Assembly: GCF_001194135.2 (NCBI RefSeq)
Contig: NC_068983.1
Span: 93,926,515-93,990,514, forward strand
From: Octopus bimaculoides
Taxonomy: Eukaryota
DNA length: 64,000 nt
Direction of reading: 5' to 3'
Part shown: piece by piece, positions 1 through 12,117 of the stretch
Layout: each line of letters begins with the position of its first letter
Position numbering within the stretch: the stretch's first letter is position 1
Position numbers and translations under genes: made by a program
The notes under the pieces: model-generated
Told to the model about the DNA's origin: nothing
Databases searched by the model: none
The model's input: only the letters and a program-made list of their open reading frames with translations

Positions 1-304
1 TGCCAGTACTGCCTGACTGGCCTTGTAGGGTTTTCGAGCGAGATCGTTGCCAGTGCCCCTGGACTGGCTCTTGTGCGGGTGGCACATAAAAGACACCATT
101 TCGAGCGTGGCCGTTTTCGTGCGGGTGACACGTAAAAGCACCCACTACACTCTCTGAGTGGTTGGCGTTAGGAAGGGCATCCAGCTGTAGAAACTCTGCC
201 AAATTAGATTGGAGCTTGGTGTAGCCATCCAGTTGCACCAGTCCTCTGTCAAATCGTCCAACCCATGCTAGCATGGAAAGCGGACGTTAAACGATGATGA
301 TGAT
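1..304 (+). mobile_element. 3' part of a SINE/LINE with RTE-type tail (family C)
   Basis: ggcgttaggaagggcatccagctgtagaaac...acccatgctagcatggaaagcggacgttaaacgatgatgatgat; the same motif recurs at many sites in the window. Confidence 0.75.
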
Positions 305-792
305 ATACACACACATGCATAAATACAAACATACATATATATATATATATACACAAACAAGTATATACTTTCATGGACTGTAGACACATGGGTGGGCACC
401 CATAAGTATAAAAATGGAGATAAGCACAATCTGACACACTTACACATGTTTGGGGGGAAGAATGAGAAGGGGCAGGTGAGATTGCTCATAATAATATTAT
501 TTGACAGTGCTGGATCATGAGATTACATAAAGATACATATTTATATAGAGACAGAGGGGTAAAGCTGGACAACCATAAGTATATAAAGACAGAGAGATGC
601 ACTACTATGAACGGACACTTAGGTGGGTGGAAAAGAGATGAGGGAAACTCCCTGAATTACTATTATTATTTCACAGTCTAATTTTGAAAATGCATATTTG
701 GTGCAGTGGGAACATCTCCGAATTTTCTCCACATGCTTATTTACCAGGTTCTCATTACTCAGCTGGATGCATATATATACATGTGTACAGCA

Positions 793-934
793 GGCTTTTT
801 TCAGTTTCTGTCTACCAAATCCACTCACAATGTTTTGGTTGGCTATAGTAGAAAACACTTGCCCTAAGTGCCACACAGTGAGACTGAACCCAGAACCATG
901 TGGTTAGGAAGCAAACTTCTCACCACACAGCCAT
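793..934 (-). mobile_element. tRNA-derived SINE family A, 5' half
   Basis: Reverse complement of gctgtgtggtgagaagtttgcttcctaaccacatggttctgggttcagtctcactg...gtggatttggtagacagaaactgaaa; A/B-box-like head. Confidence 0.8.
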
Positions 935-967
935 ACCTATATAAATTATCAACCACATATACTTAAT

Positions 968-1215
968 GAATATGCTTTGTGTCTTGTCTTTGCCAGTAAG
1001 CTGCTATAGGCATGGTAGAGAATACTCACTCAAAGTGCTGGGTGTAAAAATGCCTTAGAGTCATAGACAAACAAGATGACTCACCTTCAATCCCATCTAG
1101 GAGTCATGGACATCCATGTTTCACCCTTTTTGTGGCTTGTCAACATCCCGTACCCGACAGGATCAAAGATGAACTACTTTGCCAGTCCATGACTTATGGT
1201 ATGCAAAACATGTGC
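968..1215. mobile_element. Degenerate MITE, same family as 3041-3319
   Basis: Colinear similarity to 3041-3240 (ctcaaag...gagtcatggac...tcaatcccat...tgtgg...tcaacatc..gtaccc). Confidence 0.55.
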
Positions 1216-2139
1216 AGGTATGCCCCAACAAAGCATATATAAGAATAAATTCACATATGAAACTGCTTTGAGTGAGTATTCTTCACCATACCAACAGTAA
1301 GTTACCAGCAAATACACAAAGCATATGCATGAAGTACATGTGGTTGATGATGTTTATTACACTACTGCTGCTTTTATTTCATATTTTCATATTATTTCAT
1401 ATATATATATATAAACATACACACGTACACATATACATACATACACATGCACATACATACATAAATTCAAGTATGTTGGCATGAATGTATGTGTATTTAT
1501 AAGAAAAGATATGTACAATTTAACTTTATTTAAATGTCGAAATACAGTTAAATGGTATCTTTTGAGTGCTTTAATTTTTTGTTCCTACTAAAATACTATA
1601 TTGTCTGTGTGTGTATATATATATGTATTTGTGCAGGTATGTATGTGTATGCGTCTATGTCTACATATTACATTACTAGTACCAATACGGTAATTTGAAA
1701 ACTTTATGATAAAGTCTATTTATATGCTTCAAACACAAGTTGTGCATATTTTTAGTTATATTGGTGGATTAATAATTTCTTCACAGCAGTCAAATTAATG
1801 CTGGTATGCAAATTAACACACCCTTGAGTTGAGTATTGTATATTTCCTATATAGCTATAAGCTACATAAAGTCAAAAATAGCAATGCAGTATTGAACTTA
1901 AATGAACACTTTGATAGAATTAACAAAGTCCAAAATTGCAGTAAATTTAATGCAAGTGCATATATATAGATATATGATTATTTTAAATTTGGGTATACAC
2001 CTGGTAGTATGTCGATTAAAGCACATGGACTGTCTGTGGTTACCTGATGTCATCAACAGTATGGATATAAGTACCACTGGATTTACTGCAGGAGTTCTTC
2101 CATGTCTGTCAAGTATGTTACAAATGAAAGAGAAAATGG

Positions 2140-2531
2140 AATTCACAAGATACTTTATAAATCTCAACAATTGTTTTGACCCATTTTGCTTAGGTCCCTT
2201 GTGGATGAGATTCTGGACAATTGTCGTGGTGCATTCTTTGGTGTAGATGTGTCTTGCCAGCTGACGTATCAAAAGGTACCTCACTCAATAAACACAGTTT
2301 CGTTTAGTTTGATTCTAATGCATTTCAATATTTGCCCATAGTTAGTTATGTACAGGGTGTCTTGGTTTGGAATCGAGTTTATTGAGCGAAGTGCCTTTTG
2401 AAAAGTCACCTGATGAAACACATTTACATCAAAGGATATACCACAACCAGCTGTCCAGAACTTCACATGCAAGGGACCAATGCAAGATGGGTCAAAACGA
2501 TTATTGTGATTAATAAAGAATCTTGTGAATT
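2140..2531. repeat. Diverged long inverted repeat (fold-back), arms about 155 bp, spacer 83 bp
   Basis: 2140-2293 versus the reverse complement of 2377-2531 is about 78% identical by hand alignment. Confidence 0.85.
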
Positions 2532-3040
2532 TTATTAACATAGAAAATTACTAAAAGAAAGAAGTTGGAAAAACATCTGGTCATTAGACTTCTGACCAAA
2601 GGTCAACTATTCAAATGGCTTCATAAAACACTCCTTTAACACCCCACCACCTCCCAACTCCACCCCAACCAAGTATCTTGTGTTGACCATTCATTACTTT
2701 CTTTCAGCTATTATTCATCAACAGTCTTTCACTCCCACACTGATTAACAAACCCCAGCCCCACCCCAAATACACCCAAATCCCATATATAGAATCACAAA
2801 ACCCCAAATCCTCAGATGTTTGACAACAAATGTGAGAAAGTTCTCCAAAGAAGTTAACAAGAATTGTATTTTTTTAATTCTCCACATCCACGTTAACAAA
2901 GAACTTACTTGATCTATGAACTAAAATTTATATTATTAAAAAATGAAAAAATAATTAATTAAACTGAATAGAACTACCAGTGAAATCATTCTTTTTCTTT
3001 TTCAAATATATATATATATATTAACTACATATACTTAATA

Positions 3041-3319
3041 TATATGGGTCGTGTATTTTCCAGTGGCTGCATTAACATGGTGGATATATCACTCTCAAAG
3101 CACCAGGTGTTAAAACCCCTCGGAGTCATGGACAGGCAAGGTAACTTACCCTCAATCCCATTTGAGAGTGATGGATACAGATGTTTTGCCATTATTGTGG
3201 TTTTTCAACATCATGTACCCACCTGTCCATGACTCTGAGGTGTTTTGACATACAGCGCTTTGAAAGTATATATACTCCACTATGCTATTGCAGCTACTGG
3301 AAAATGCATGAAGCATATA
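3041..3319. mobile_element. MITE with about 105-bp imperfect terminal inverted repeats
   Basis: tatatgggtcgtgtattttccagtggctgca...ggagtcatggacagg versus cctgtccatgactc...tgcagctactggaaaatgcatgaagcatata. Confidence 0.75.
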
Positions 3320-4112
3320 CATTGAGTATATATAGTTAATAATATTTATTATAGTAGAGCTGCTTTTATTTCATACAAGTAATTTTTTATTTGCCTGTCA
3401 TGGTACTTAAATGAGAATGACATGTAAGGGGACAATGTTTTTGAGATTCCAGTTCGATTGTAAGGCAGGTCTGAAAGGGTTCCCAACAGTTATTCGTAGC
3501 AGTGGTAGAATGTTTATGAGGGGTGTGAAGTCCCCATGAATGGGTATTTGTAACTTCTAAGATGAAATTTTAGAAATATTACTTTATTTGTGTATAATTT
3601 TGGATAAAAAAACAAATGACTAATGTGTGTGTTTGTGTGCATGTGTATGTGTATATGGGTGTATATATGTATAGATATCTGTATGCATGTATATATGTGT
3701 ACATATTACATGTGCATGTATATATATATATATACATCTACACATGTGTATACATATACATGTATGCATATAGATGTATATGTATATATATATATATCTA
3801 TACATATACGTGTACATATACATCTATATGTATACATGTATACATATACATCTCTCTCTCTCTCTCTTTCTCTCTTTATATATATATACATACATCTATA
3901 TATATACATGTATATGGATACATTTGTGCAGATATATATATGCATGTATGTATGTATGTATGCTAAATACTAGATTAAATATTTAAATGTATCAAATGAC
4001 ATTATTTTGTTTCTAAAAAGAAATCTTTCAAAAGAAGAAAGCAAAAGCAAAAAAAAAGATAGTGTCTATTTACTTTTGCAATATCTGTGTAAATAATTAT
4101 ATATATATATAT

Positions 4113-4480
4113 GCTTGCATCTCAACCACATGGTTTTGGGCTCAGTACTACTGCGTGGCACCTTGGGTGAGTGTCTTTCGCTATAGCCTCGGGCTGACCA
4201 AAGCCTTATGAGTGGATTTGATAGATAGAAACTGAAAGAAGCCCGTCATACATATATATGTATATATATGTATGTATTTGTGTGTCTGTGTTTGTCCCTC
4301 CACCATTGCTTGACAACCGATGTTGGTGTGTTTATGACCCCGTAATCTAACAGTTTGGCAAAAGAGACTGATAGAATAAGTCCTAGGCTTACAAAGAATA
4401 AGTCCTGGGGTTGATTTGTTTGACTAAAGGTGCTGCTCCAGCATGGCTGCAGTCAAATAACTGACATGAGTAAAAGAGTA
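4113..4480 (+). mobile_element. tRNA-derived SINE family A, near full length
   Basis: Head, internal (TA/TG) microsatellite and tail gactaaaggtgctgctccagcatggc...taaaagagta. Confidence 0.85.
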
Positions 4481-4589
4481 CACACACACACACACACATA
4501 TATATATATGTGAATATATATGCAGACAAGTGCATGCATATATATGTATTTATATATATTCATATATATGTATGTGTGCATACATCATT

Positions 4590-4830
4590 ATCATCAGCAT
4601 ATGTCCAGTCCTACATACTTGCTTCTCTTGGCAGATACATCTTCAACATGGCGTCTTGCCACTTATCACAATCCTTTGTCACCTCTTTCATGAGGTTCAG
4701 CATCATAAGATCAACCTTCACCATTTTCTTCCTATGTCTTCCTAAAGTCTTCCTCTTTCAGAGGCTCTTTCTACTTGAATTGCTTGGCACCTCTTTACCT
4801 TATTATATCCATACCAACACAGTTTCTTCA
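4590..4830 (-). mobile_element. RTE-type LINE 3' end fragment
   Basis: Minus-strand translation resembles the RTE C-terminal RGRPRKTW...VKxDL segment (ERGRL.RKT*EEMVKVDL), followed by a gatgat tail. Confidence 0.55.
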
Positions 4831-5336
4831 TTTTCACACTACAGCTGATTTCTCTCTTACACCCAGTTTTTCTGTCAGTTCATTTGTGCTTCACCGTTTG
4901 TGCATAGTAGCATTACATGCCCAGTGGTTTGCATTTCGCTATTAATAAACCTGCCATACTTAATCAATTGTGTGAGTGAGTGTGTGTGTGTGTATGTGTT
5001 TGTGTTTTCATATGTGTGTAAAATTCTATATGGGATGGTAATGTTATCAGCAAATTTTTGGGAGGGTTTTAATTCAATTTTTCTTTTTTCAAACTAATTT
5101 TGCTTCGTGTACTGTATTATAATGTGCTGAAATAGCTTCTCATTTTAAATACATGGCAAGCTGACAATAAAGTATCATACTTGTGTGTTAGATGGTGTTA
5201 GATGTAACAGTTTTAAACTTTATTAATAGTAAAATACAAGCCAAAAAATCAACATACAGAAGCAGTCCACATAAAATAAACTATGAAAGTAACCAGGAGT
5301 AATTTTAAATCTGACAGTTATGAAGCTATCACTTAC

Positions 5337-5365
5337 AACATCATCCCATAATTGTTTGCAGCCCA
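5337..5365 (-). CDS. Candidate 29-nt microexon 3 of the class B1 GPCR (GCKQLWDDV)
   Basis: Acceptor tatattttttttag|tg and donor gtt|gtaagt. Phase-1 start matches exon 2. Encodes (L)GCKQLWDDV, matching the GCxxxWDxxxCW motif of secretin-family receptors, with 14 residues between Cys1 and Cys2. Confidence 0.6.
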
Positions 5366-5849
5366 CTAAAAAAAATATAGTAACAACATGCCACTGTTAT
5401 CGTTCACATTCAGATTTCAGATGAAAAGGTCAAGAAGATCTTGAAATGTTAATGGACTTAGGACAAAGTTATTGTTATAAATTAAAGCATAAAGGACTAA
5501 TAAAGTAATATAGAAAAAATTATTTAATATAAAACATCAGTCTTGAACACTGTTGTGCTGTCATCAATCATCATCATCATCATCATCATCATTGTTTTAC
5601 ACCCATTTTTCCATGTTGCCATGGACTGGATGGATTTTCTGAGGCAATATTTTTATGGCCAAATGCCTTTTTTGTTACCAGCCCTTTTAGTTTTCTTTTT
5701 TTTTTTTTGTTTTCTTCTTTTACAACTCATAGAGATGTAGCGTGCCTTTTCTAAATCAAGATGCATGTGGTAATCTAACACTGTTATCTGTTTTAAATTA
5801 AATGTGTATATATGATTGCGTATGTATGCATTGGTTTCAAACTTTGACA

Positions 5850-6047
5850 CAAGGCCAGCAATTTGGTGGGGCGGTAAGGGTAAGTCAGTTATATCGACCC
5901 CAGTGCTCAGCTGGTACTTATTTTATTAGTCCTGAAAGGACAGAAGGTATGATTGACCTTGACAAATTTTGAACTCAATGTAAAAACAGACATGATACCA
6001 CTCAGCATTTTGCCCAACCTGCTAACAATTCTACCAGCTCACCACCT

Positions 6048-6049
<2 letters not shown>
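5850..6049 (-). mobile_element. tRNA-derived SINE family B
   Basis: Reverse complement of ggtggtgagctggtagaattgttagc...gagttcaaaatt...aataagtaccagctgagcactggggtcgatataac. Confidence 0.75.

Positions 6050-6109
<60 letters not shown>
6050..6109. repeat. (GT)n microsatellite
   Basis: Direct reading; representative of many (GT/CA)n, (TA)n, (TATG)n, (ATT)n and (CAT)n tracts in the window. Confidence 0.95.
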
Positions 6110-6111
<2 letters not shown>

Positions 6112-7774
6112 TAAGTGGACAAATGAAAGAAGGGCACACAACACATTTATTGGGAGTTACATGTATATAAATGTATATATATATTAATACACACAGATGT
6201 GTGATATCGACATTATATAGCAAAAGAGATAACTGTGCTCAGATAAAGAGGATGACAAAAGATTAAAATAAATGGTGATGTAGATGTTGAACAGTAAATT
6301 CTTCATTGGAGGTGGTGGCAGCTGTTGCTGCTGCTACTGATGTTCTTGTTATGTACTGTTTAATTGGAAGAATATAGAATTTTGAATTGTTCCCAACTGA
6401 AGACATAAAGCCTGTGTATTGAGTTTATTTAAATCTTGTTGGAAATTATGCTTCACATCCACTGTGTCTGTACTTTACTAATCTCTTAAACACACCTCAT
6501 GATATTAATAGAGGGGCTCACAGGTGGCAAATTGGAGTGATGTCCTGTTGCCTTTTCTTGACAGACATGAGACATGTGAGGCATTTTAGAGGACATGAAG
6601 CATGTGGGGCATTTTAGAGGACATTAAAATTGGCTTATTTAGTAAATAAGTGTTATGAGGTTCATAATTTAAGCTTTACCAGCATGAAAGAAATATGCTT
6701 GTCCTTTTCCATAATGTCATGTCAGTTTTGGAGGATCCTTAATCACTGAGATTTTTTTATAAAACTAGAATTTATGTTATATCCTATTTGACATATTTGT
6801 ATTTGTTTATTTCATTCAAATACATGCTACTGGCAACTTTGAGTTATTTTTCTTGCTTCATTTTTGTTTAATTTATGTGATTGGGAGGCAAATTTCTTAC
6901 CACACTGCCACACCTGTGCCTCTGTGAGTGTATAGACGTATGTATGTATGTGTGCATGCATGCTAATTGTGTTACTAGTGTAACAAGAACCAGTAAAAGA
7001 TTGAGCAATTCCTTTTATGCACCCCTCTACACACTGCTCTTCCTTTGCCTATTCAGTAAGAGTTGTGGTTTGGAATTATGCATGGGCTCACTTACACACA
7101 CACACACACACACACACAAAATCATGATTGTGATCAACCCCGTTATCATATTCATTATTATCGTCACCATTATCATCATTATCACTATGATCACAAACAA
7201 CTTACAGTATCACAGTTACCATGATGACTTTCATCTCAATCATCATCATCATCATCATAATCATTTGTCACCATCGTTACCACCACCACCAACATCATCA
7301 TTATCAGCAGTAGCAGCAACACTACCATCTTTAACATTATAATCACCATTCTCATCATCACCATCATCACCATAGTAACTGCATTTAATGTAATTAAATG
7401 CAGTTATGGTTTATGCTTTCATGCTTTTTATGCTTTGCTAATATTTATTGATTTATGCTATAACAAGTGTGTTATATCTATCAATGTGGTATCCTCCTAC
7501 AGTGTTTCAATGTTTCACACTCTTCGTCTGCTTCCCCTATGTCCCTCATCAACTCCTCTTCCTCTCCTCTTCCCCCATGTTCCTCTTTCTCCACTTTCTC
7601 TGTATGCTCACGAACACATGTGCATATATGTGTGTAGGTGTGTGTGTGTGTGTGCGCGCACATGTGTGTAAGTGTGGGTGCATGTATGTGTGTACATGTG
7701 TGCATATTTGTGTTTGTGTAAGACTTTCAGCTCAAGGGACTTTCACTTTCCATTACACAAGACTCAATAAACGC

Positions 7775-7812
<38 letters not shown>

Positions 7813-7949
7813 TACACACACACAAAATCAGATATAACAGCGCATGATAGGAGTTGAGATGAAGCACTATAAATAGTTCTTTTTAATGTAATCCAAGAAG
7901 AAGGCACAGTACCCTTAACATTTACAGCTGTTCCTGAATTGACAAAGTT

Positions 7950-8190
7950 ATTTTCTCTTTTAGCCCAGGGTCATAATTGATGGTGCAGACCTATGACCAA
8001 AGGCATTCCAGTTTTGACCATTCTGAGGCTTTTTATTAGACATAGAATGTCTAGGGTCACATTATACAATGTGTTCCTCCTCTTTTTTTTCTTTTGTTTG
8101 TTTTTTAAGACAATTGTGTAAGATTTGAGAGCATGAAATAGATTGAACTGTTATTTCTAAACACGAGAGCAACTACATAAAGGCTCCAAT
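7950..8190 (+). mobile_element. Interspersed repeat family H (partial copies also near 25075-25150, 52740-52950, 59420-59500)
   Basis: Shared tttagcccagg...gcagacctatgaccaaaggcattcca...gatttgagag...tatttcta motifs among the copies. Confidence 0.5.
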
Positions 8191-8360
8191 GGTTCATGGT
8201 CAGCCTGATTCAATAAGGAAAACATGAGCAAAAGAGAGTGATCTTCAGAACAGAAGTTCTGATAAGGAGTGAAGTGTTTGGAGTTTGGGGGAGTTGAAAC
8301 ACAAAAGCGATGGGAAAAGGCAAGCTGGATGCATGAGGTGTAAGAGAACATGTATGTACA

Positions 8361-8424
<64 letters not shown>

Positions 8425-8568
8425 AGGTTATGAGCGATAGTGGTGTCAATTAGACCCAGAGGTTTCAGGTAATGCTGAGTAAGTGCTATGGATAGACCAT
8501 AGTTAAGCTCCAGGTTCTGTGATTATGTGAATAAGGAGTCCAACGTAGGTCATATATCAGCATGTGAA

Positions 8569-8676
8569 TATAAGGATTTACTTTTCGTAATGAGATAAAA
8601 AAAAACCAAGGCTGTGCACATTATAGAAGTACACAGCCTTGGTTTTTCATCTCATTACGAAAAGTAAATCCCTATA
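8569..8676. repeat. 108-bp near-perfect palindrome (mini-MITE)
   Basis: tataaggatttacttttcgtaatgagat..aaaccaaggctgtgcac / gtacacagccttggtttt..atctcattacgaaaagtaaatccctata with a 9-nt loop. Confidence 0.85.
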
Positions 8677-8698
8677 CATATATATATATATATATATA

Positions 8699-9560
8699 GG
8701 GCGCAATGAATAAACTGTTATCTAAATTGCACAAAAATGAAAATAACACTGACATCTCATTTTAACAGATATATTTACCAAAATTACATAAAAATATCTT
8801 GAAATACTAAAGAGTAAATTTATTCAATAAAATTGCTATTAGCTTCAACCGCAGCCTCCAGACAACTTTGGAATCTCCTGCAACTCTTCTGAATGGTCTC
8901 CTTGTTTAAGTTGGTGAATGCTGTCATAATCCTTGCCTTCAGTTACAAGGAGTTTTGTTGGTCTCTTGCTCAACTGTACTCCACATAATAATCAAAGGGG
9001 TTGCAGTCTGGGGAGTTAGGTGGCCAGATGTTAGGGGTGATGTGGTCACAGAAATTGTCTGACAACCATGACTGGGTTCTCCAGCTTGTGTGGCATGGTG
9101 CAGAGTCCTGTGTCCAGACATAGGTTCTTCCAGCAGCTACCCTCTTGACCCAGGCTATCACTACCTCCCCTAGGCACTTGATGTAGGCCTTCATGTTGAG
9201 TCTGAGGCCACGTGGGAAGATGAATGGAGGCATAACGTTGCCATCACTAGTGATCACTCCAAACTCCATGATGTTAACTGGATGTTTGATTTTTATCACT
9301 CTTGGTACATTTCCTCAGATTGCACTGTCCTCAGATTGACACCGAAACACTCTGAAATGTTCTTATTGGAGCTTCTGGAGTAAATTCCAAGCAGTACAAC
9401 ATGTCATTTCCAAATTTCTGACTGAGTGAATTGTGTCAAGGTGCTGTTTTTTTCACAGACAGTGCCCAACTAACCCTACTATACTGTGTAGTTGACAAAA
9501 TCATAAACAAACAATGCATGAAATTAAAAATATAAAATGGTGACAATTTACCCATCATTT
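8699..9560 (-). mobile_element. Internally deleted Tc1/mariner element, maT (DD37D) family
   Basis: ORF 8970-9299 has QDSAPCH...WPPNSPDCNPFD with 37 residues between the Asp residues. A frameshifted C-terminus reads KARIMTAFTNLNKETIQKSCRRFQSCLEAAVEANSNFIE*. Degenerate TIRs, next to a (TA)n run. Confidence 0.85.
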
Positions 9561-9599
9561 TTATTGATAATGCAAGACCTGAATTTCTCTCTGCAACTC

Positions 9600-9815
9600 T
9601 CCACTCCTCCATCTCTTGCTCCTTTCTGGCCACTTAGCTGTAGTCCGATGTAGATTACATTAAACTCTTATTTCTTCTAGTAGCTGATCATTTTCTCAGT
9701 TGGTGGTGCTCCAAAATGCCTCTGCAGCCCTGTTGTCATGCTGTTTGGCATATTCAATCACGTTTAGCTTGTAGTCGATTGTATAAGAGTATCTTCTGCT
9801 TGAGGTTGCTGTAAT
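9600..9815 (-). mobile_element. pogo/Tigger-type transposase N-terminal fragment (Brinker-like DNA-binding domain), decayed
   Basis: Translation SSRRYSYTIDYKLNVIEYAKQHDNRAAE/(fs)HFGAPPTEKMISY*KK. Confidence 0.65.
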
Positions 9816-10255
9816 AACGGTTGTACTAAAAATTTTAAGAAAATCTTCTGAAGTTGCCGATCACTCCTAACATCAGCAGTACCAGGCTTGAACTGGTTAA
9901 GACCATGGCTTTCAGAGATCAAGGAGGAAGTCTATGTTGCTGTCTGAACACAACACATTTCAGCACAGTGAGTGAGTAAGTGATCACTGAATGCAACATG
10001 TTTTATCACTGAAAGTAAGCGATTACAATAGTATTGTTATCAATATTTTCCTGTAAACCCTTTTAACAAAGAGTGACAATACCGGCAGTATAGATACACA
10101 TGTAAAATAACACTCGTCAGTTGCCTCATCTAACATACACTGCCCATACGGGAATGAAATTTTGTGATTGTGCATATTTTAAAAATGGAGATCCATTCAC
10201 ACACACATACATAATACACGTGTGTGTGTGTGTGTGTGTAAATATACGTATATAT

Positions 10256-10256
<1 letters not shown>

Positions 10257-10324
<68 letters not shown>
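10257..10324. repeat. (TAGA)17 microsatellite
   Basis: Direct reading. Confidence 0.95.
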
Positions 10325-12070
10325 CAGGCAGACAGACATACAGACAGACAGATATAGATATTGATATAGGGTACTGTTCTGTAGTGGTAAGATCAACAAA
10401 AAAAGTACTCCATCTGGTTTGAGATAAATATTTAATAAACACATAATATATTTTTATGAGCTGCTAATAGTTTCATGTGATGAAAAGAGCTCAGACAACA
10501 TTTTATAACACATCTGGTGCCTTCACACAATCATCGTAATATATATATAAATATATGTATATAATGGTAACTTCCTCATTCTCAAGTATAGGTTGATGAT
10601 GCTGGTATGTCAAGCAATACCTGTGCATGGTGCTTTTTAAAGTGAGGAGAAGCCTTGCACACAACCAATTCCCTCTTCTGAACAACAATGACAGATACTC
10701 CAAAAAGAAAAACTTGTCAACATCATCCCCTGTCATTGAGTTGCAGGTTTTACATCAGAGTCAACCTTCTAGGGTAATGTCCGAACAAGGACTTGGTGTC
10801 ACAAACTCCCAGTAGTACTGTGGTATACACCATGCCTACATTCTCATACTCATGGTTCTCTGCTGAATAAACTTGTGCCTACCTATTGTTGAAAACGTAT
10901 CAATCTGCTGCAACAAAGTCAGTAGTTTGTCAATGATTGCTGCAGGAACAAACACTGTTCATGGGAAATAGCTGGACCAAGCTTGTGCACACAGTATTGG
11001 ATGGCTGTTCACTTCAGTGAGTTCATCCATCCTTTGGCAGCTTTTGTTTTTCATCTTGCAGAGTGACCCTCCTTGCTAAGCTAGCATAGTAGGGTTGCTT
11101 GCTTAGTTACCAATGTCCTGACCATGCAACAGGTTGTACTGGATTACATGTTACCAGTAGAACTCACAAGTGACTTGACATATATCAGCTTAGCACTGAT
11201 ATATATATATATAAGTACATACACACACACATATATATGCAGATACAAAAGAGGTATTATTGAAACAGAAACCAGACAAAGAAGAGTGCTAACTTAATCT
11301 ATTTCAACTAAATTACTTCTCCTTACTTTATCACTTAAATGTCATTTCTTCATTAACCCTCCCCATCACCAGCACTCTCTGCACTTCCTGCCTCACAAAT
11401 CCTGAAACTTAACTCTCTTTGAAATAAATCCAACATCTATGCAATCGAAATTGTGTTTGCACATGTAATATAAGTATGTATATGTTGTATTACAGTTGGG
11501 GAAGTTGTGTGAGAAGATGTAGCATCAATTTATATTTTGAATCATCCGCCAGCTTCGTCTCTCATTCTTGTGCAAACAGCTGATTGTAAACATTCTACTG
11601 TCATTCCTATTTCATAAAATCTCTTTGTGACATCCGGCAGATGTGTTGTAGCAGAGAATTTCAAGAATCAATAAATGCTTCTAAGTTGTGAATTACTGTC
11701 AAGTTGAATATTTAATATGTGGACATTACTAAAAGTGAGCTGAAAGAACAAAAGTAATGTTTCTCTTCAAGTATGAATTTTTAATTTGGAAGTTCTTTCT
11801 CATTTATGTAATGATCACATTAAATCATTCAATATATATATATATATATATATGTATCAGTTCCCCACTTGNNNNNNNNNNNNNNNNNNNNNNNNNNNNN
11901 NNNNNNNNNNNNNNNNNNNNNNNNNNNNNNNNNNNNNNNNNNNNNNNNNNNNNNNNNNNNNNNNNNNNNNNNNNNNNNNNNNNNNNNNNNNNNNNNNNNN
12001 NNNNNNNNNNNNNNNNNNNNNNNNNNNNNNNNNNNNNNNNNNNNNNNNNNNNNNNNNNNNNNNNNNNNNN

Positions 12071-12117
<47 letters not shown>

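Noticed and set aside
2120-2230. Actin-like peptide ENGIHKILYKSQQLF*PILL
   Set aside because: In-frame stop, weak similarity, and frame not preserved between the two hairpin arms.
3616-3986. Long ORFs rich in Y/I/C/V/H/T (also near 7450, 10130, 34100, 42600, 60100)
   Set aside because: They are translations of (TA)n, (CA)n and (TATG)n microsatellites.
10620-10700. Minus-strand exon candidate SVIVVQKRELVVCKASPHFKKHHAQ
   Set aside because: It has a GAG acceptor, and its insertion would break the Cys1-Cys2 spacing and phase of the receptor domain.
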